NCBI GenBank assembly: GCA_028534125.1 | Contig: CM052816.1 | Location: 29,080,001-29,144,000 of the forward strand | From: Lama glama | Taxonomy: Eukaryota | Length of the DNA stretch: 64,000 bases | Reading direction: 5' to 3' | Part shown: piece by piece, positions 38,771 through 52,974 of the stretch | How positions within the stretch are numbered: the first letter of the stretch is position 1 | Layout: each line of letters begins with the position of its first letter | Notes under the pieces: model-generated | Told to the model about the DNA's origin: nothing | The model's input: only the letters and a program-made list of their open reading frames with translations | Database searches by the model: none | Translations under genes and position numbers: made by a program

Positions 38771-41700
38771 CTTAGCAAGCAAAGGGATAAGCCAGAAACT
38801 TTCACTTTTTGCTTTACACACTGTGTATAGTTTAAATGTATTATCTTTTTAAAAAGAACTCACTTTTGTAATTAATAAAAATGTAAAGCATAGAGAATCA
38901 ATAGGAAAACTACAAATTCAACAAAAAGGTGTGAAAAAGGAGAGTCTAGCTAGATGGATGATCAGGATGAATAAAAAGCTTTTGGAGCTATTGATAAAGA
39001 CTGAAAACACAAGAGTAGCAGGATTGGCAGGGATGAAGAAGCACAATTTTAAACACAGTGAGTTTGAGGCAACAATATCCAGGTAACAATGAAGCAGAAT
39101 GGAGATTATTTTTCTGACTAGCCATATAGAAGAAGGACTTGGGGTATTTAATCACCCATAAGGAGTCTAGGTGTTAATTCTGATAACTTGTTTAAACAAG
39201 ATTTAGTCAAAAGATAAATTTTTAAGCAATAAGCAAAATTAACTGTATTGTGAGATTCTGAAGATAAAATTTATAAAGTGAAAAAATACAAATTGTTCTG
39301 GTTTTACAATTCTAATCTATGGAAGGAGATCATTTAATTCTTAAGCATGATTATCACTTGGTATAGTATCTGAAACCATTGTCCGATATTGTATGGTTTA
39401 AATACAGCAATGTTATTCTACTCAGCTGAAGCAGGGCTTTCAAAACTGGACTTCAGGGGTTTTAAAAGCTGAGTATTTATCCACTTAGTTTGACCCCAAA
39501 CACCTAGTCCCATTACTCCAATTACCCGGATGTTATCATTTTCTATGTGTGCCATGAAATGAAAAGTTTGAACTTGCTGGATTAAAATACTTGAAACAAA
39601 CAAACAAACAAACAAATAAATAACTGTATTGTTTTATGAACCCACTCACAATATTCTTCCACTAATTTGTTTGAATAGCCTGTCAAAAATGCTACTTAGG
39701 TACCAAATAAAATATGAGGTATATATCCCACTCCATACTTACTACTTTTTTATCTATTATTTTGTAGAAGAAAATATAAACAAGTGTTTTTTCCAACACA
39801 ATATCCCATAGGATCATGGGACAGGGATGACGGTTTGCAAAAGTATCCCCCTCCTGGTCTTCTCTTTGTCACCCTTTATTGCAGGCTAAACTAAAAATAA
39901 CTTTCCCTTTCTCATGTATATAGCATTACCACCTTGCTTTGGTGTGTCGAATAAACACTAATCAGCATTAAAACTCACATTGACATGATTAAATGCTTGA
40001 CATGCTTTAAAGTCATGGGGGCAAAAACAGGTTTTTGTAAATGGTAAAAAAAAAAAAAAAGGTCGAGCATACTTTTAGTTCTTTTGTCCTATAAACTAAG
40101 TCATCACCACCACCTGTTTTCTAGGTACCTAGTGACCCCAAATACTTTCCTCTCCATCCCATCAAAATAAATTCTAAGGGCATTACCTAATAAACTCATT
40201 TAAAACAAGATATAAATTTGTGATAATCCCAATAAATTATCTCCCCAAATTAGGTTTATATTTTTATAGGAAAAAAATCATAGGAAAAAAATTTCAGATA
40301 TTAGCCACAAGTTAATTAAGTATTCTAAGCAGGAGAAATATTTCCAGATCCTTGAGTGTGCACTAGTTAGGTAGCTAGCTGACCCATCCATTAATCCTAC
40401 AACTATCTACGTGTAGCTTCAGACTTGGAGAGTGAAACTACAACTAGATGGAAGAATGAACTATTATTTTCTTCAAAGAGAAAATGAATTTGTGCATAAC
40501 TAGCTATTCACCTTGAATTAGCTTGCCTCCTATCCTTCCTGGACTGACTACTTTTCCCCATGTCCCAAAGCCCCAATCCTGAAGTTTCCTCAGCATCACC
40601 CAGAATGGGGCGTTGGGTGCTTTTTAAATATAGGAATAAAACAGTAACCAGGACCACTAGTCACCATGTCTTCAAGAGAACTGAAAAACTAACATACCTT
40701 TCCTTGCTTCACAGTTGACCACTACTGCTTCCCAAACAAAAAATTATAAATATTCTATTTTTCACATTAGATAACCATGAAAATCAATATGCATATTTAG
40801 TGCCATTTCTCTCTGAAACATACCACTCTTCACATAGATTCTGTACATAAAGGAGGGAGACATAAAATTTCTGTCCCTGGTACAGAGGTCAGCAAGAAAC
40901 AGAGATGTGGTATTGGCTCATGGCCATTGAAGGGCAATTCTTAGAGGTGACTGAGAAATAAGAAAAGACAGGGAAACAGCTAAACTTATTAACTCAAATC
41001 CTAACCCAATTCTTACCCAACATAAATTTGACTGAATATTTTTCAAGAAAAAAAGTAATCTATCATAGAAACTGCAAATACCAAGTTTTGGATTTTAAGT
41101 TCTGTTTTCCCTATAAATGGTCTGCCTTTAGCCGTCTTTACGTTGAGGGAGACACTTGACATCCCACGACTTGGGCTTCTATTGGGTGGTGGAGTCTTCC
41201 ACTCTACCTTCCCCACTCAGAAGAAACAGTCAGAGTAAACAATATTTACCCCAGCCCCTCACTGACTCCTCCATGTGGAAGATACTCAGCTTTCTACACA
41301 ATCAGAAGCCATGAGATCTAGACTTGGAAGCAAGGGGAGACGCGGCAGTAGTCACGTTCTGTCCTTGGATCCAAGCTGCAGGTTCCACTCCACTTGGCGC
41401 ACTGATAAAGCTGCCTCTGTTGTTCTTTCACTCTCACTTGGACAAGAGATGAATAATTATGTCCTCCAACACACTTCTAAACTGGAGTAAATAAGAGATA
41501 ATTCAAGCTTTCAGTTTTACACTTAAGCTCCACTAATCATTAATTACAATTAAAGAAAAACACTCTTCTAAAGGTCATCAAATGTTTTAAGTTCTAAGAA
41601 ATAAGTCCAGAGTTCCCAATTCTCTGACCAAACTTATTCAAGATGCAGGAAAATCTGCTTAGCTGGGAGGTTGCCATGCTCTAAGCTCAGTGACGATGCA

Positions 41701-42774
41701 AAACCTGTATGTGGTCACTAAAACCACTTTCAAACTGAACTGCCTGATGTCTGTAAAGAATAACGTCTTTCAAATGTCATAAAAGCTATTAAAAACTGGA
41801 GAAAACTGTTTATTCCAAGTAAATCTTTTCACTTTGTCCACAACAAAGGTTTCTGTGAGATAAGACCCTGAATTGAAACAGCACACAGGCCAAGGTTACT
41901 TCCCCCGCAATAAAATGTCAGACTGAACAAAGAGAGTAATCAGGGAGCTTCATGTGAACTTTGATTCCATAAATCAGTCACTGAACTCAACAACCTCATT
42001 GCACTTTAGTGGAAACTAAAAGTAGATAATCTCCTAAAACCAAAAATAAGAAATAAGGGTAAAAAAAATGTCGTCTCAAGGCCGCCAACATCTTCCCCAT
42101 CACCCCTAAACCTCCCCACCAGCCTCCTACCACCACCTCTTCCCACCGCCACCATCACCATCACACTGAGACCCTCTCTTCCTCACCGTTAGCCTCAGGC
42201 TCCAATCAAACACACAAAGGGAATTCTCCCTAGGATTTACTCCCTCTGCTTTCTCTTTCCTTTAGATCCTTTAGTTATCTGAAACTCACAATTGATGAAA
42301 ACATTTGTGAAAACTCCTAATAGGGTAAAATACTACCAACCTGATGTTGGTTAACAATGACACATTTTTAATATCAGGCTGATTTAACACAGTAAATGGT
42401 CTGCATATTGAAATAATTAATGAAAAATTAATGAGCAATTCTCTTCGATTTAAAATAGGCGAGGGCTTCTCCCCAAGGTTCTGGTAAGAAAAGCAGAGTG
42501 ATAACTAATGTGAAAGGTTATCTGGAGTTTTATCATTTCTTTTCCAAGACAGACCATTAAAGAAGTACCATATTTTAACAATACAAGAAGGAAAAAATTA
42601 CATCAGATCTGTCCTACCACTGCCAATTTTAAAAATACATAAAAATCTTAGTTTTAACCATCAACTGTTGATTAGGTAATTAACTTCTCTGTTTCTCAGC
42701 AACTGATCTGTAAAATGGGGACTGGTCTCGTCCAGGTGCTGCATGGCAGGTGCATGAAGAAGGACAAATATAAA

Positions 42775-43438
42775 AACAAGAGGCTTAATTATTCCTACTG
42801 CAAATAATATTCCTACTTGCCTCCCCCTTCTCTAAGTGTTTAATTTGGAAAATTTGTTATTGTAAGTCCTCTCTTCTCTCTTTGAAACATCTACAAATCC
42901 TTTTGAAAACTAGATAGGCTTTTCATCAGCCTTCTGACCTAGGAACATCTTTCTTTAGGACCTGGGAGCCATCTCTTTGAAATGCAAATGTCAAGAGAGA
43001 TAGCACCCCTGTATCCCAGTTTCCCTGAGAGGATAGCAGTCTAATTTTGGTGGATGTTTTCCTCCACTTGCAAAACTACATCCTGTAATAAAGATAGGAG
43101 AAGTTCTATTTTCCTCAGGAGAAAGCCAATTAGCTAACACAGATGGTCACCTCAATTACCACGTGAAATAAGGAAGAACTGTGTGGCAAATGGCGCTGTC
43201 CAGTCCTCTTACTTGACGTGAACTAGTTATTGTTTACCTTCAAAACATGCGTATAATGGGTTGTCTCTGCTTGGCTACAAAAAAGTTGAGATTTCTTTCT
43301 GTCTTCTGTGATCTGTTAGTAGATTACCTGTGGTATGTTTCACATTCTGGTTTAATAAAAGTGTTCTTCCTCCACAACCTTTGTGGAAAGGATTCCTAGG
43401 TTGGGAGAAGATTTTAGTTTGAATTATATTTCCCCAAC
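42775..43438 (+). mobile_element. ERV1-type solo LTR (MER34/MER39-like)
   Basis: 'aggacctgggagccatctctttgaaatgcaaatgtcaagagagatagcacccct', 'gccaattagctaacacagatgg', AATAAA near 43354, end 'ttatatttccccaac'. Confidence 0.75.
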
Positions 43439-43914
43439 GTGTGGAAAGAGCCATGAACCTACCCTCCAAATGGCGTGTGGTTATGACTCATGTGGGACTC
43501 CAAAAAGAGTAAGATAACTCACCTGAGCAACTGAAGTGACCATTTTGGCTTCATGGACTCATTTGATCAATTAACCCAACTAAAAATTAGGTGCATATTC
43601 AATACACAGTAAATACCTATTGATTGATGAGAGAAGCTGTTTTAAGGGTGCCACTGTTCCTAAATTTACTGGCTTTGTTTTATTTGGCTTTAATTGATTG
43701 ATCATCTTCTATAATGGCTCTCCATTAATTTTGCACGTCCATCCTTAATGGAGGGCATAAACTAGTTAGGGCATAAACATTGACGAATACAAGCTCACAG
43801 AAGTCTTTAGTTTACCTCCATTATATTTTAAAAGCATTTGAACTTGAATGCCCTTAGGATTCTGACACCTGCTTTAGAACATCCTCCTTCTCCTTAATGT
43901 CATCAAGGCATTGG

Positions 43915-44150
43915 CTAATACTGCACATGCCTGCTTTGTACCAGGCATTCTTAGTACTTCTCCTACATTCATTTCCTTAATTCTCACAACTACCCTTGGA
44001 TGGGTCTTATTATAATTCCCATTTTACAGATGAGTTGCTGAGGCAAAGAGACATTAATTACCCAAGGTCACAAAATTTGTAAAATATGGAACCAAAATTC
44101 AAACCCAGTCTTCTAGCTCTGAGCCAGTGACTTCAACAATGCCATAATAT
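43915..44150 (-). mobile_element. MIR SINE
   Basis: Core 'cccattttacagatgagttgctgaggc...cccaaggtcaca...aattcaaacccagtctt'. Confidence 0.9.
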
Positions 44151-47100
44151 TATCCATAAACGAACAAACAAAAAAACTAAGTTTGTCTTACTGCCTAAGG
44201 GATGCACACTTTTCCTAACTGTTTCTGGTTTATCTAAGTCTAATTCTGTTCCTACAAGGTAAACCAGCACAGGTTTCTGTTTTGGTATATTTCTGGCTTC
44301 TAACTACTAAAGACTAACATAGGCATATATTTTGAACTCTTAGAATATTAACTGCAGTCCTGGAAGGGAGAATAGAAGTACAAAGTCAGAGAAACCTGTG
44401 AATAACTGTCCTGTGCTTTAACATCTTTTGCCCAGATACAAAATTTTATGCGTCCACTAAGATCTCACACTGATTTAGAACAATAGAATGATCACCTGTC
44501 CAGTGTGGTTAAAAAGATCAGGTATTTTATTCATAATGTTTCAAAAGGTAAAATAATCAATCTCCATTGCATGGTAGCACTTCTTTCTGACAATCCCTTT
44601 ACCAAACTACTCAGGAAGATCCTCCACTCCTAGGGTGAGAGACAGAGATTAAACAGTGGTCACCAGGGACTGAGTGTTAAAATCCAGGAAGGCCACAACG
44701 AAGAGATGAAGGGACGCAGAGAAGTGTCACAATTGATACCACAGCTGTAAACAAGGACTCACTGAGAACTATCAGCACCCTGAAAGAGAGGACTAGAAAA
44801 ACTCCAACAAAGAAGACTATGGAAATAGCTTTTTTTCTGGGAAAGAAAAAGCAAGACCCTGGTGGGAAATTGAGAGCCTGAGCCTGTGCCTCACATGGGT
44901 TTAGAACCAAAACGCAAAGTTTCTTCAAGGTGCAGAAAACTCTAGAGCTGCAAATTTAATGTAAACCTGGCATTATCCCTGAGGTGTTCATCAGAAGCAA
45001 ATGTAGAGCCATTCAGGAGTGAAGCTTCCAAAATCCAGGCCACAAACAATTTCCACAGCGAAAAACAAGCCACACTAAAAATAATCTCACATTTTAAAAT
45101 TATAAAGCTCATAAGGAAATCATTCCCTGAGATACATGAATCCCGAAACTAAGTGTTAAAAATCTTCAGAGACAATTATCACTATAGAAAAAAAATTATC
45201 TGGAAATCTGATTTCTTTGATGAAAGTTTTATAAAATGCCTTATGAAGAAAACTGGAGTACCCCTCCTAGTGTTACCCTTACCCATCCCTGGAACCAATT
45301 TAAGTTGAACTTGAAGCTTACTCACTATTACTTAGAAATGTCTGACTCTAATCAAAGGAGAATGTTCCATTTCAGTTGGCACTTAGGTCAACAGAATATG
45401 AAATGGAAAGTCATAAATATTAGGACAAAGAAAATCTCCTTTGTCTTTTTCTCTGAGAAAGTTGGCAGAGAGTTATTTTATTTAGAATACTATTCTTTTG
45501 TTAAAGCTGTCTCAGTTTAGGCACTTAAAATTGCCATTCTTACAAATATTTATATAAAAGTTCATGCTGGGCATACCTTGATGTCCACTCAGTACATATT
45601 CAGTGAATGTTTACTGTGTGTTTATTGGTGCCAGATGCTGTCGACCAGCTGCTCAGGTGAGAGGGTAGGACTGAAGACAGTTATCATGAATTAAACTCAC
45701 AATAGAAGTAACATCCAAAGTCAAGCCTCTCACCAAATTCTCCAAGGGGTGAATAAGTACAGAGAAAAGCAGAGTCCTGAGGCATAAAAGAGTTCATGAA
45801 AAATCTAAGCTGAAGGGAAGGAGCCCTATTTCAAAGAGGAAAATGAACACACATGAGGGAGAGTTTCAAAAAAGTGCAAAATTCAAAGTCACAACAGTGG
45901 GAGACCAGGGCTGCCAAACTTGGTGACTGGAAAATCACTTGAGACATTCATTAAATAGCAAAAATTAAGATATTTACAAACAAGGAAAACATGAGTGGTA
46001 ACAAAATGGTGGCAATTAGTGGAAAGCATTCATCCCAGAAATTTAGCAGTGAATACAGATGATGGCAGCTGTGGGGAGAGCAGCAGGGTGTAAGAAGACG
46101 CCTTAGAAAGAAGACAACAGTAATTTGAAAGAATGGAGTGACATGAAGTCAGTAGAAACTGATGACACTAATTCAGGAGAGGGTATCTGAGGTAATGTCC
46201 TTCCGGCATTAGAATCATAATGGGAGCAGAGGGTTAACACCAAGAAGAGACAGCTCTTCCCTGGGGAAGTTCTCACAGATGTTAAGACGTCATAAGAGGC
46301 AACACAAACTCCTGTGCGAGGGGCTTGGGCAGCACTGCAGTTCATGCCCCCTGAGGGGGAGGAGGACGGTGCGGGGGGAGGGGGGGAGTGCTGTGGGGAG
46401 GCCACGAGGCCATATGGAGGAGGGACAATGGTCTGTGTGGTGGACCACAGCCGTTTAACCCTGGTGGCCCCCGGCCATCCTCTGGGTAATTATCAATCAA
46501 TCAATCAATCAGTCAATTGACAATAAAGAACAAAGCACCATCGAGAGGGAGTGATTTAGGTCCATTAAATTGGCTAGCAGGGTGCTCTCCTAAAACTGAC
46601 TTTGGCAGCTGAAAAGGAGGCCTCTCAATATGGACAAAGCGAGAAAGGCTAAGACAGAGCCAAGTTAGCTGCAGCTACTCCTACCCAAGCAAACCAACAA
46701 TCACACACACAAACAAAAAAAAAAAAAAAGAAAGAAAAAATTTCTAATAAGTCATTCTATAACACCTCAGTAAACAGAGTATTTCTTTTTGTATATTCTG
46801 AAGAAAGTGTTATCATAAGCAGCTTTACCTTTCCTTTTACTCAGAAGAAAGACCGTCAGCTAAAAATACTTACAGAATTCAGATGTAAATGGAAAGGTAA
46901 GGAAGAGGAAGCCCCAGACTGTGTACTTGTGTCGGAAAAGTAAACCTGCAAGAGTGAGGAGCAACAGGAGGCACTTCAAACATGGTCCTCAACGAGGGCA
47001 AAATGTGAGTCTTTTAGCACCAACGATGCACTTGCAAGACTAGACTACGCAAAAGGATGCCAATGATCAAAATGATGATTTTGGTAGGACAATTACGATG

Positions 47101-48250
47101 AGGCTCATTGTTTTTAACTATAACTACAATGCAGATTTAAAAAACTAAAGTATATTGAAACTTTATCCCTTCTTAATTTTAAATTTTTAACTCAGGCTAA
47201 TTCTTCCTGCACGCTGAGTCATTTTTGAGCCATTGGCTGTGAATGTCAAGTCTTTTACCATAGACAGAAGAACTCTATGACTGTTGTCCAGACAACATTA
47301 TTTTGGGCCAAGGCATGTATGTTTATTTATTTGATTTGTTTTGTTTTGCAGTGGTTGTTTTGAAATACAAAAACAGCTTTCTCAAGGAAAAGTCACCTCA
47401 GAACAAACTATTGCTTCCTAAAAATGACAAAACAAACAAACAAACACACCTGGGTTGTTCTCTACAGGCAGTGACTTATTTATTTTGCCCACCTTTTGCC
47501 AGCTTGAAGCTAAATATTTTATATCCCCACGCACATGTGGAAAATCAAAATGCAGCAATATGTCTTCCGTTCAGACTAAGAGATAAAGGCATTTGGATAA
47601 GTTTCCCACATACTTAATCACCTGCTTGCAGCTCTGTTGGTATTATTTTTGAGAAGTCTGACATGCTTGTTAGAAAAGCACAACGTAGATTCAACAATGT
47701 CCCAAACTGTCTTTACAACTTCTTGTTCTCCATTTATTTATTTAATGGATTTTTAAAACTGTGCCCATTCTTGAAGTTTTGAGGTGCACACACACATACA
47801 CGCACACACATAAGTTTTCAGCAAATAACTGCAATAATATCAAAAAGAAAAATTACCAGAATTATTAAAAGCATGCCTGCATTAGCTTTCCATCTAGATA
47901 GGCTCTATAGAAAAAGTAGGATTTCAGGTTCAATTGGAATCCCACAGACACAGCCTTGTGGGTACTATTGTTACACAGAGAGGGCAGTTCTAAAAAGATA
48001 CAAACATGGACTCAAGGATCCCTTCTTCTGCAAAATCGTCCCTAACCACATTGCAACAACTAACCATGAGAACCTGCAGAATTATCAAGGGTCATTTCAC
48101 ATGGGGAGACTTGTTTCAGTTTAATGATACTTGGCATTTCACTTAAATTTCTACAGGTCATTGAGATATGAATTTTTGTCTTTGTTTTACTGTTATTACT
48201 GGTATAAAAATTCCAGGAAACAGTCAAAGGTAATTTTTCCTATTTTTCCC

Positions 48251-48813
48251 TGTGTAGGGGGTCCCTGAGACCACACCTAGATTCAATGATTCACTAGAAG
48301 GTTTCATAGGACTCAGTACATAGTTTAATAAAGGATCTCATATTTTATTTAATATACTATCTGATATAAGTATACAAAATAAAATCAGCAAAGGGGAAAA
48401 GCACATGAGATAAAGACCAAAGGAAACCAGGTGCAAGCTTCCAAGAGTTCTCTCCCAGTGGGGTCACACAGGACTTAATTCCTCTAGCATCGAATTATGA
48501 CAAGTGCAGTGTTGTCCACCAGAGACACTCATGAGAGAGTCCATTCCTAAGGTTTTTACTGGAGACTGGTCACATAGACACACTCTACCTCTGCCAAAAT
48601 TCCAGGCTCCCAGAAGTAAAGCAGGTGTCCACATAAACCATATATTGTTTGCACACACAGATTGGGCACAGAGAGCTACTCTTCCATAAGGTAGGGAATG
48701 GTGGGAACACTCCCAAAATCCAAGTTCCAAACATCAGCCAAGAGCCAACCTTGCAAACAGTCCTTTCTAAAGATTGCACTCTCAGGCCTGCTACGTTAAC
48801 TATTTTCTGCACA
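48251..48813 (-). mobile_element. MER21-type solo LTR
   Basis: TG...CA termini; reverse complement starts 'tgtgcagaaaatagttaacgtagcaggcctgag', like the MER21 5' end; 'aatgattcactagaagg...aggactcag' at the other end. Confidence 0.85.
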
Positions 48814-49494
48814 AACCCCTAGAGCTGGGATGGCCAAACTTTTGTGTCTAAACCTGAAACCCTAAATAAAACCTCAAGCTTTGGGGGTTTATAGATTCAT
48901 GGAAGAATATTAAGCTAGATTTTCTTTGAAGAGGAAGGGATGGATGGTGTTGAACTGAAGAGAAAAAGGCTCATCCCAGTGTGCCTTCTCTGAGATGGAA
49001 AAAAAAAGATGAGCGTGTCCTTTAGCAAGTGACCAGGTTCAATGTTCATCTCCAGCACAGCAAGTTTGGGTATGGTAGTATTTCTGCTGGGGACAGGGGA
49101 TATACATGGATACCTTGCAAACTAAACATTAAGGTTCCTAACTTTGGAAACCAAACCAAAAGAAATGTGAGCATATTCTTGGCAAGATAAAGAGCAAAAA
49201 TACCTTATGCCCTTGTGGACTTGAAAGTCAAAGACCCCAAGTAACAGTCTTGATACAGTGAAGACCCATGTCCAGGTTTTCTGAACTGCATTATTTTTAT
49301 GAGATTCTTATATAACCCCTAGGAAAAAAGGCTTCTCCTCATCATGTCATCAATCCCATAAGAATATCTTTAAACGAAAAAGGAACTGATATTGGGCATC
49401 TAGCCAGATTTAACTTTTTAAATATATTTAAGAAATACAATGATGTGATTCCCTTGGCACCTCCATTGGTAGAACAAACTCATTCCAGTCAGAC

Positions 49495-49650
49495 ATTCAA
49501 TTTAATAGAAACCTCATGAGTGGATACTACCAACTTACTTACTGATGAAGAAACTGAGGCTTAGAAAGATTAAGCAACTTGCTTGAAGTCATAGAACTGT
49601 TAGAAGATCCAGAGCTCAACCCTATTTTTTTATGCCTTCAGAAGCTACTC
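49495..49650 (-). mobile_element. MIR SINE
   Basis: 'ttactgatgaagaaactgaggcttagaaagattaagcaacttgcttgaagtcatag'. Confidence 0.85.
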
Positions 49651-50589
49651 ATGTAACAACTGTACTATATACTACAGTATACTTTTTTTAACATACACCA
49701 GAAGAGAATTTAGAAAGCTATGCATTCCCTTACACATTTCTAAGATAACATCTATTTTTCATCACAAATTAAGTAGTTATAAAGGATGAAATAATCTGTA
49801 TATTATAAATACTGACACCACATATACAACTGTATTATTCTTCAAAATATACCCAATGGAATCTAAATACCATTGCAGTTTGACAATCATCATCCATTCA
49901 AAGAATAAACTTTTTTTTTTACTAGTCAGAAGTTTTAAATCATTCCTTTTTATCTTTTACTAGTACTACCTTCAACATCACGAACAGAATTTTATCCTAA
50001 CATAATTATTTGTATTCTTAAACAACTTTCATGGACCCCTCTATCCTACTCCACAACAAAAGTATAAGGTTCTAGTAATGAAAAGTTGTTACCTCTGTGG
50101 AATGCTAGGAGATTAAAAATCCATTCCTGAATGGCCAGTTTGTTGTTTAGAATAACTTTTCTCAGATAAAACTGTTGCTGTTTTAAGGAAACATTACCAT
50201 TACTCTCTTTCTCAACACCAATGCCAAGATTACAGACTGTCCTTTTGCGTAGAAGCCTAGAGATTTTTGCAACCAGAACAAAGCAACGCTGTTAAGGCTG
50301 CAGTGCAAGAGATGTTTACCTTTCTCTACGGTGGAAGAAAGGCCTACTGAAAAAGAGACAGGAGATCAGAGACCACAGCCCCACCCACACACCTTGACCA
50401 CACTGTTACCACTTCAGGGCACACCAAGTGAAGAATAAAGTACAAATGAGAGCTGAGAAGTTGGAAGTGAATTGTCTTACAATAATCTCAGTGCCCAAGT
50501 GTCCCTGGAAAAATCTTCACAACCCTCTGCGAGTAACATACCCTCATTTGAAGAAACATCCTACCTGTATTCTGCCTCTATTCTAGCTC

Positions 50590-50765
50590 TTAATATATTA
50601 CGTTGCCTTATTGGGTTAATTATATTTCCTCCAACTTCAGTGTAAAATGGTTCGGGCAGGAGCTATGTCTTCTTTATCTTCTTTAGCGATGTCTTCTAGT
50701 ACCTAGCATGGTATTTGCTACAGAGTACATGCTAATTAAATATTTCTTTGATCAATATGAATGTT
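50590..50765 (+). mobile_element. L2 3' end
   Basis: 'gggcaggagctatgtcttctttatcttc...ctagtacctagcatggtatttgctacagagtacatgctaattaaatatttc'. Confidence 0.75.
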
Positions 50766-51280
50766 GTTACGAAGAAAACAAAACATAATTGAATGTCATA
50801 TGTTAATGAGTTAAAGCAGATCACAAACAGTATTTTTAGTATTGATCTCACTTTGGTCAAAAGGTATATGTAGAAATATGTGTACTTCTGTATTGGTTGG
50901 TATTTCTAGGTGGATGAATTTTGGGCCACTTTCTTTTTGCTAATTTCTATTTTCTGGTTTATCTACAACCTACTTGTGTAAGTTTTATAACATTTCATAA
51001 AATATACAAACAAACAAAGCAGTAAGTAGAAGGGACAGAACATCCGTTTAAGGAACGATGTCCTGGAAACAAATGGAAGCTGTCCTCAGCCTCAACAAAG
51101 GGAAGCTGCTGATTAACAAAGAATATTATGTCCTCTTCTCTCTGATTTTCAGGCAAACCACCATGGTCACGACAGGGGTCTGGGCAATTCAATGACAATC
51201 CACACAAAGACACCCAGAAACTCTGGTAGACACTTCACCAATGCTGAAGAAGTAGCTTGTTTAAAGAATGGCTGCCTTAC

Positions 51281-51362
51281 TAGTTTAAAACACTGAGGAC
51301 CTTTATATTTCTCAGATAACATATTGAGGATCCCCATCTGTAAACTTTCCACAACCACTTGG
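51281..51362 (-). other. Candidate spliced exon (82 nt) of an unidentified minus-strand transcript
   Basis: Minus strand: branch-like CTGAC then 'ttaaagtgttttccttgttacag|CCAAG' acceptor; donor 'AAACTA|gtaagg'. Non-repetitive. Product not recognised. Confidence 0.45.
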
Positions 51363-51781
51363 CTGTAACAAGGAAAACACTTTAAGTCAGAAATGTTCAC
51401 ATCATATAGATCAGAAAGAAAAATAGATTTATCCTTAGATGCACAATGACCCAACATTCTCAATTTCACAGTATCATACTCTTTTCAATAAAGTTAATTT
51501 GTTAAACATATAACTGAGTATTATTTAATGTTGATGACTTTGAAGAACTTTTCATAGAAGTAAATTCACAAATCAAAAAAATTAATTGAATCAGTAATAG
51601 TTGCATGTTACGGTAAATATGAGTTACTAATATTCATCTCATTTCAAACTACTTCTCAATTTACATTATTTGAGATGTTTAGGGAATTAACAGCTAAAAA
51701 TATTCTGATATAGCTCAAAAATTGCTTGTGTTTTTGTTGCTGCATTGTTCCAGATTTTCTGGCATAAACAGACGGATTCTT

Positions 51782-51850
51782 CAATGGACTGAATGTTTAT
51801 GACCCCCCAAAAGTTATATGTTGAAACTTAATTCCCAGTGTTATTATAAC
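51782..51850 (+). mobile_element. MLT1A-type LTR 5' fragment
   Basis: 'tggactgaatgtttatgaccccccaaaagttatatgttgaaacttaattcccagtgt'. Confidence 0.75.
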
Positions 51851-52974
51851 AGAGAATATGACATCTCCTAACACCCTCAATCCACAAAGTAAGAAAGACA
51901 ACATAAATAGGAAAACAAAACATAAGGAATGGAAACTATAGGAAGATGTCATCACATGTCAAATTTTTAAAAACCTTCAATTAGAACTTCTACCAGATTC
52001 ATCATGAGTAGGACTACAGGAGAAGGTCTGATAAGTCATGTCCTGTCTCCCGTCCTGGTGAAAGAAGACTAACAAGCCTAGGGAGTGAGTGAGCAAGACC
52101 CCAGAAGGACCACACAACTGCTCCTGCAACAAGAGATGAAGCAGTTCAAATGAAAACACGCACACACGTACACACGAATTTATCAGAAGCTGTGGAAGAA
52201 CTTCTTGGCCTTAGGGCTAAGTTGGCAGAGGCATCTGAACCACAGTTTCCTGGAACATACTTGATGACATGTTCCTAACCACTGGTAGCCAAATAAAAAA
52301 AGGAGGGAAACTCCTCTAGACAAAGAAAGGTTCTCTAGAGCAACTCGGCCTGAATGCTTTGACCAGTGCCTTCTCTCCCTGCTTTCTACCACCACACACA
52401 AACATCGGCTTCTGGAATTCTTATCTAGAAAATTAATTGACAATGTAAAATTTCATCTTCATTTTTACCTAGGCATGTAGTACACAGCAATGGACATGGA
52501 TTTCTTACCAAACTCACTTCATCTCCCAGTATGGACACATGAGGACTTCCTTCTGTAAAGATAAAGAAATAAAAACTCATAAGTATGTGGTGTAGTTCAA
52601 ATGAGAAATCACTCTGCAGAATCAGAATTAATTATGTCCTGGTAAATAAATTCCAGGAACTAGTAACTTAGAATAGATAATATATTTTTTAAATATTTTG
52701 AGTTTTGAACAAGTTTCAAGAGAACGTTTTTTCCATGACACTAGATCAGATAGTCACTACAAAAAACAAACATGTATCTAAAATCATGTAAAACTATACA
52801 TAAATGGAAACATTTGGTGGAAAATTTAAAACTATGTGAAAGCAAAAAACATAAAATTAGCTACCATAAAAACAGCAAATCAGTGAAGTAGGAAAAAAGT
52901 TCAAAATTTTCTTAAAAGTTATAAAGGATGAGATAAAATGATGAAAGGAAAAATAAGAGTTACAGAGAATAAAT

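Larger units (their letters stand above)
37081..38890 (+). mobile_element. Old L1ME-type fragments, rearranged and interrupted by later insertions
   Basis: 'gaagaaaatatttgcaatg', 'aataggcaattcacagaag' (ORF2 3'), then the RT-region piece 'acaagacaaagatacacactatcatcaatactattcaaaattgttctggaagtcct', then 3'-end text. Confidence 0.75.

Noticed and set aside
46845..46896. + strand mini-exon-like segment (ctttccttttactcag|...AAG|gtaagg)
   Set aside because: Isolated and opposite to the inferred host strand; such site pairs are expected by chance in 64 kb.
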